From Treponemataceae bacterium (GTDB taxonomy: Bacteria; Spirochaetota; Spirochaetia; Treponematales; Rectinemataceae): DNA of 64,000 nt. This document shows, in pieces, positions 59,272 through 64,000 of this stretch. The notes beneath the pieces are model-generated. The model saw only the letters and a program-made list of their open reading frames with translations. It was not told the origin of the DNA and searched no databases. Each line of letters opens with the position of its first letter. Within the stretch, counting starts at the first letter, position 1. The stretch is taken from positions 768,001-832,000 of the forward strand of contig CAXXHO010000003.1 in assembly GCA_963667725.2 (NCBI GenBank), read 5' to 3'. The position numbers and the translations under genes were made by a program.

Positions 59272-60467
59272 TGAGTTCCTCCTGGCGCTTTGTTTACTTG
59301 TTTGATGATGAGATCGGCGATGTAGTCCGCCGAGAGCGCCGAAGCGCCGTCTTCGCCTTTTACGCTGGCGAGAGCGAGGCCGGCTTTCTTGGCTCCATCC
59401 ATGGCCGATGGATTTTCCAGATAGCCCAGGATGGCCGTGAGCGTGTTTTCCGGCGATGCTTTCTCGCTTCCGAGGCAGATGCCCGCCCCGGTTCTTTCCG
59501 CCATTTCGGCGTTCTCCACCTGATCTCCGCGCGTTCCCGAGCCCGCGAGGGGGATCAAGACCATGGGCTTTCCGAGAGCCGCCGATTCCCAGACCGTTCC
59601 GGCGCCGGCCCTGCCCGCCACGATTGTCGAGGCCGCCATGATATCGCTCATTTCCTCGCCGATATAGGGCAGGGCGGCATAGCATCCCGGCTTTTGGGCA
59701 TTGGCGGCCGGATCGTAAAGATCCTTGCCCGTCTGATGGGCGATGAAGGCTTTACCTTCGAGCCGGGGCCTTATCGCCCGCACGATTTCGTTGACCTGGC
59801 GCGAGCCCTGGCTGCCGCCTACAAAGAAGACGATCGGAAGGCCGTCGGGAGCGCCGAGAATTTTCCTGCCTCTTGCGGCGTCGCCGAGGAAAAGGCTGGG
59901 CCTGACGGGATTGCCCACGATGGCGATCCTGGCCTGGAGCGCCGCGCCGAGCATGGAGGCTGTCTTCGGCCAGCTCAAGAGTATTTTCTCGGCCTTGCCC
60001 GCGTTGAGCCGCGTCGCGAGTCCGGGGCTCGTGTCCGATTCGTGGGTAAAGTAGGGAATTCCCAGCGATGCCGCCGCGCGGCAGGGGGGAACGCTCACGT
60101 AGCCACCCTTGGAAAAGAGGAGTACCGGCTTGAGCGCGGCGAGGAGGCGCCTCGATGCGACGAAGCCAGCGGCGACGCGGAAGGCGTCGGCCAGGTTCTT
60201 CAGCGTGAGGGAGCGGCGAAGTTTGCCCGAGGGAATGGCGAAATACTCTATGCCTTCCTTCTCGACGATGCCGCGGTCCAGGTCTTTTCGCGAGCCTATC
60301 CAGACGATGTGTCCGCCAAAGCCTTTGGCCTTCAGCGCCTGGATGACGGCGAGGCCCGGGTAGATGTGTCCTCCCGTACCTCCGCCGGTGAAGGCGATGA
60401 GCGGCGTCGCGGCGGGCTTGGACGTCCTGGTCTCCGTCGCGGCTCCGCCGTCGGTTCCGCCGCTCAT
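59268..60467 (-). CDS. murG: lipid II GlcNAc transferase MurG
   Basis: GGGTGGHIYP, KGGYVSVP, HESD, GNPVR, GGSQG, RAGA, Q..NA. Confidence 0.97.
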   Translation of the reverse strand: MSGGTDGGAATETRTSKPAATPLIAFTGGGTGGHIYPGLAVIQALKAKGFGGHIVWIGSRKDLDRGIVEKEGIEYFAIPSGKLRRSLTLKNLADAFRVAAGFVASRRLLAALKPVLLFSKGGYVSVPPCRAAASLGIPYFTHESDTSPGLATRLNAGKAEKILLSWPKTASMLGAALQARIAIVGNPVRPSLFLGDAARGRKILGAPDGLPIVFFVGGSQGSRQVNEIVRAIRPRLEGKAFIAHQTGKDLYDPAANAQKPGCYAALPYIGEEMSDIMAASTIVAGRAGAGTVWESAALGKPMVLIPLAGSGTRGDQVENAEMAERTGAGICLGSEKASPENTLTAILGYLENPSAMDGAKKAGLALASVKGEDGASALSADYIADLIIKQVNKAPGGTQ

Positions 60468-62065
60468 TCGAGAAATCCGGCCATCTTCGCCATGGCGCTC
60501 AGGACAGCCTCATCGGTCTTCTCGCCCTGCATTATCGAGAGCATCTTATTGGCCAAAAGCTTGCCCAGCTGCACCCCCTCCTGATCGAAGGAATTGATGT
60601 TCCAAGCGAATCCCTGGAACATCACCTTGTTCTCGAAATGGGCGAAAAGGGCTCCGAGCTGTTTCGGTCCCAGCCTTCCGCCCAGGAGCAGGGTCGACGG
60701 CCTGCCTCCGGCGAAGCGCTTGTTGGGGTTCTGGTCATCCTTGCCGCGCGCGAAGGCGACGATCTGCGCGAGGAGGTTGGCGACGAGTTTCTGCCTCGAC
60801 GACGTTCCCATCGAGAGCACGTCGTCGGAATGCTGGTTTTCGGTGAACCCAATGAACTGGAGCGGCACCCTGTCCGTCCCCTGGTGAAGGAGCTGGTAGA
60901 ACGAATGCTGGCCGTTCGTGCCCGGTTCGCCGAAGACGACGGGACCGGTGGAATACGCGATGGGCTTGCCTTCGCGGTTGACCGACTTGCCGTTCGATTC
61001 CATATCCAGCTGCTGGAGGTGGGCGGGAAAGCGCGACAGGGCTTCCGCGTAGGGCAGGACGGCGGTGAAGGGCATGCCAAGGACATTCCTTTCGTAAAGC
61101 CCGATCATGGCGTCGAGCAGCGTGGCATTCTTGCGGATGTCAGGCTCCATGGCCGCCCGGTCCGCCGCGTGGGCCCCCTCCAGGAACTCGGCGAAGGTTT
61201 CGGGGCCGAAGGCGAGGGAGAGGACGACGCCCCCGACGGCGCTCGATGTCGAATAACGTCCTCCGATGAAATCGTCGATGAAGAAGCTGGCGATGTAACC
61301 AGGATTCTGGGCCAGCGGGCTCGTCCTGCTCGTTACCGCCACTAGATGCCTGGAGCCGTCGAGGCCTGCGGATTCTAGGCGGTTGCGCACCAGCGTCTCG
61401 TTCGCGAGCGTCTCCTGCGTGGTCCCGCTCTTGGACACGAGGATGAAGATGGTGGTCTCGAGGTCGAGACCTCGCAGCACCTGGTCAGCGTCGTCGGGGT
61501 CCACGTTCGATATGAAGCGCGCGCGCATACTCAACCTATGTTCAGCCGCGGCCCAGCGTTCGAGGGCTATATAGGAGGCGCGGGGGCCGAGATCCGATCC
61601 GCCGATGCCTATCTGAACCGCCGTCTCGAAGGGCTTGCCCGTGGAGCCCAGCACCTTTCCGGAATGCACGGCTTTCGCGAAATCGGCTATCTTCCCGCGT
61701 TCGGCTTCGTAGAAAGCGCGGACGTCCTGCCCTCCCGAGACGACGGCCGGGCCGAGCTGTCCCCGCGCCAGATGGTGGAGAACCATCCTCTTCTCGCCGG
61801 TATTCATGACCTCGCCGCTGACGAGGGCTTTGTATTTTTCAACGAGTTCCTGAACGTCCGCGAGCCTCTGCATGGCGTCTATCAGCGCCTCGTTCACGGG
61901 GGCGGCGGCGTAGCAGAAGGTAAAGCCCTCGGGCATCTGCGCCGTGTACGCCGCCACGCGTTCCGGCGTTAGCGCCCGGGCGACATCGACCTTGGGCAGG
62001 TTCGCCAAAGCCGCGTAACTATTGCAATCGTCGAGATTCCTGTATTGGATCATATGCTGCTCCAT
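60464..62065 (-). CDS. pgi: glucose-6-phosphate isomerase
   Basis: GIGGSDLGP, SKSGTTQET, GGRYS, MESNGK, FDQEGVQLGK. Confidence 0.97.
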   Translation of the reverse strand: MEQHMIQYRNLDDCNSYAALANLPKVDVARALTPERVAAYTAQMPEGFTFCYAAAPVNEALIDAMQRLADVQELVEKYKALVSGEVMNTGEKRMVLHHLARGQLGPAVVSGGQDVRAFYEAERGKIADFAKAVHSGKVLGSTGKPFETAVQIGIGGSDLGPRASYIALERWAAAEHRLSMRARFISNVDPDDADQVLRGLDLETTIFILVSKSGTTQETLANETLVRNRLESAGLDGSRHLVAVTSRTSPLAQNPGYIASFFIDDFIGGRYSTSSAVGGVVLSLAFGPETFAEFLEGAHAADRAAMEPDIRKNATLLDAMIGLYERNVLGMPFTAVLPYAEALSRFPAHLQQLDMESNGKSVNREGKPIAYSTGPVVFGEPGTNGQHSFYQLLHQGTDRVPLQFIGFTENQHSDDVLSMGTSSRQKLVANLLAQIVAFARGKDDQNPNKRFAGGRPSTLLLGGRLGPKQLGALFAHFENKVMFQGFAWNINSFDQEGVQLGKLLANKMLSIMQGEKTDEAVLSAMAKMAGFLE

Positions 62066-62122
62066 CTGTATCCTTATGATACATGATATGGTGAAAATCG
62101 CTACACTTCAAGCCGCTTTTAT

Positions 62123-63784
62123 CTATAAAACCTTCTTCGCATTCGCCTTATCCAGATAGAGCTTGTTCTTCCTCAGAATGCCGGTGCCCGATTTCAAGAT
62201 GCCCATGCTCATAGTCTCCCTGATAAGGGCCAAGGCTTCACGTTCCTGCCATCCCGAAAGAGCACCCGCTTCGGCGCAGGTGGGTGGGTGGGCGAGAAAT
62301 GAGCGCATCGCCCGTTCGCCGGTGTCGCGTTCTCTGCGGCCATCAGGCTGGAATTGGAAATCCGGGCTTGCGCGGCCGAGGCTGGCGATCATGGGCTGAC
62401 AGAGAAGCTTCACGCTCTGTCTGAGCGTGAAGCGCCCACGATTGCGTCCGAAAAAATCCAGGATTTCGCCGAGACCTTCCGGCAGGGCCTCCGCCGATCC
62501 GTCGCAGATATCGCACCCTGAACAGGGCGAGGAGAGTTCGGAACCCATGAGCCTGTGCAGAAAAGCCCGTCGGCAGCTCAGCGCCGAGGCATACTCAAGA
62601 AAAGCGTTCTGGCGAATCGCCCTCAGCCTGTTCCTCTCCTCTCCCTCGGCGTCCTGGGCTCCGTTTTTTGACTCCCTGGCCTTTGCCCTCCCGCCGGAGT
62701 TCGCGGAATGAATCAGGATGGCCTCGGCCGTCTGGCCGTCGCGCCCGCCTCTTCCCGCTTCCTGTATGTAAGCTTCCACCGATGGGGGTTCCGAGTAATG
62801 AATGACCGTCCTAATGTTTCGCTTATCCACCCCCATGCCGTAGGCGCATGTGGCGGCCAGTACTCCATCGGCGCTCTCCATGAACCAGGTTTCCGTCGCG
62901 TTTTTTTCCTCCCTCGTCAGGCCAGCGTGATAGAACCTTGCATCGATAGTGGTGTTGTCCCTGATGATTTCGCAGATTCTTCTCACTCCATTGCGGGATT
63001 GGTCAAAGACGATGAGCGGTTTCGGTTTGGCACGAACGAGCCTGAGAAGGGTGTGAACGGGAGCGAGGGTAGCCTCTACCGAATAACGTATGTTGGGCTT
63101 ATCGATATCGGCGGTTACGAGCGAAAAGACTTCAGTGCCGAAGATATAGCGCGCGATGGCTTCGGCGACGGTGGGGCTGGCCGTGGCGGTGAAGGCGCTC
63201 ACGACCCTGGGCTTGATCGCCTCGATGCATCTGCCCAATTCCAGATAGGATGGTCTGAAGGTTTCGCCCCATTCGCTGACACAGTGCGCCTCATCGATCG
63301 CGAGGTGGAAGATTTTCGCCTCGGAGAGGAAATCCATCAGCCGCGGTGTCGCCAGGCATTCGGGATTGGTGATGACAATTCTGGCTTCGCCGCTGCGCAC
63401 GGCTTCCTGCCGCTGTCGTCTCTCTTCATCCTCCATCCCTCCCCGAAAGACGGCGCAGGAGATGCCGCGCCTTTTCAGGCTTCGCTCCTGATCATTCATC
63501 AGAGCGAGGAGGGGATAGACGACGACGCTGGGGCCGGGAGCGAGGAGGGCGGGGAGCTGGAAGCAGAGGCTTTTGCCGAATCCCGTCGGGAAAAGAACGA
63601 GCTGGCGCATCTTCTCTCCCGTCTCCATGGCGTCCAGGATGTTGGCGATAGCCATCCGCTGGAGGGGGAAGAGGTAGTCGATGCCGAATTTCACGCTCGC
63701 CAAGGCAGCGACGGGGTCTTCTTGTGACGATGCAAGCTGATCTGATGGTATTTCCATACCCTTTGAACATACCGAGGCAACCAT
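62123..63784 (-). CDS. RecQ-family DNA helicase (no HRDC evident)
   Basis: PTGFGKSLCFQLP, DEAHCVSEWG..FRP, TATA, GMGVDK, QEAGRGGRDG, CRR..C..CD.C; start may be 63757. Confidence 0.93.
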   Translation of the reverse strand: MVASVCSKGMEIPSDQLASSQEDPVAALASVKFGIDYLFPLQRMAIANILDAMETGEKMRQLVLFPTGFGKSLCFQLPALLAPGPSVVVYPLLALMNDQERSLKRRGISCAVFRGGMEDEERRQRQEAVRSGEARIVITNPECLATPRLMDFLSEAKIFHLAIDEAHCVSEWGETFRPSYLELGRCIEAIKPRVVSAFTATASPTVAEAIARYIFGTEVFSLVTADIDKPNIRYSVEATLAPVHTLLRLVRAKPKPLIVFDQSRNGVRRICEIIRDNTTIDARFYHAGLTREEKNATETWFMESADGVLAATCAYGMGVDKRNIRTVIHYSEPPSVEAYIQEAGRGGRDGQTAEAILIHSANSGGRAKARESKNGAQDAEGEERNRLRAIRQNAFLEYASALSCRRAFLHRLMGSELSSPCSGCDICDGSAEALPEGLGEILDFFGRNRGRFTLRQSVKLLCQPMIASLGRASPDFQFQPDGRRERDTGERAMRSFLAHPPTCAEAGALSGWQEREALALIRETMSMGILKSGTGILRKNKLYLDKANAKKVL

Positions 63785-63928
63785 GATGCTTCAGTATATG
63801 CTTGAACTCTTAAAATGATTTTAGTCATATGTCTGTTGATAATGTATACTATGCGCACTTATTTCTGGGACCGAATATTCAAGACACTTTCCAGTTCCCT
63901 GGCTGCCGGAAATACGGGACTAATGTCT

Positions 63929-64000
63929 CTAGTAAGCCGTTCCCTTGCCTTCAACCATCATGTCGTAGGCTTGTTTGACGCGTTCGTAGTTCTGGTCCCT
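63929..64000 (-). CDS. 3' end of a gene resembling cofactor-independent phosphoglycerate mutase (partial)
   Basis: Reads RDQNYERVKQAYDMMVEGKGTAY*, similar to the iPGM DRD.R..RV..AY.....G.G motif. Confidence 0.5.
   Translation of the reverse strand, partial: RDQNYERVKQAYDMMVEGKGTAY

Noticed and set aside
58732..59685. 317-aa extended CvpA
   Set aside because: The extension overlaps murG; the start at 59271 gives an ATGA overlap and a normal CvpA length

Overview
A GC-rich bacterial core-genome segment. Protein sequences and gene order (mraZ-rsmH-ftsL-murF-mraY-ftsW-ftsQ-ftsA-ftsZ-xerD-dprA-topA-xerC-hslV-hslU; murG-cvpA-holB-like-hk2-rrp2; spirochaete-type RpoZ, ZapB and PcnB) point to a free-living Spirochaetota (Treponema/Rectinema-like; inference). 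It holds about 52 CDS and two tRNAs (Asn-GTT, Met-CAT). I found no IS, prophage, CRISPR array or recognisable defence system, and no clear-cut new multi-gene system. The most interesting signals are: (1) an orphan sigma-28 (fliA) 18 bp downstream of hslU, where motile spirochaetes carry the flgB flagellar cluster; (2) two conserved genes, tsaE and ftsA, whose N-termini can only be made from a non-canonical (most likely CTG) start, alongside a TTG-start infC with a structured leader and several apparently leaderless genes; (3) a split lipoate ligase (LplB + LplA) coupled to lipA; (4) a 41-bp-period hairpin repeat behind tRNA-Asn; (5) tandem Fnr/Crp-like palindromes at about -41.5 of a kinase / HD-GYP / queuosine-transporter operon; (6) a dif-like 28-mer and a possibly permuted phosphoglycerate mutase at the right edge. 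All calls come from motif recognition by eye; no database searches were run.
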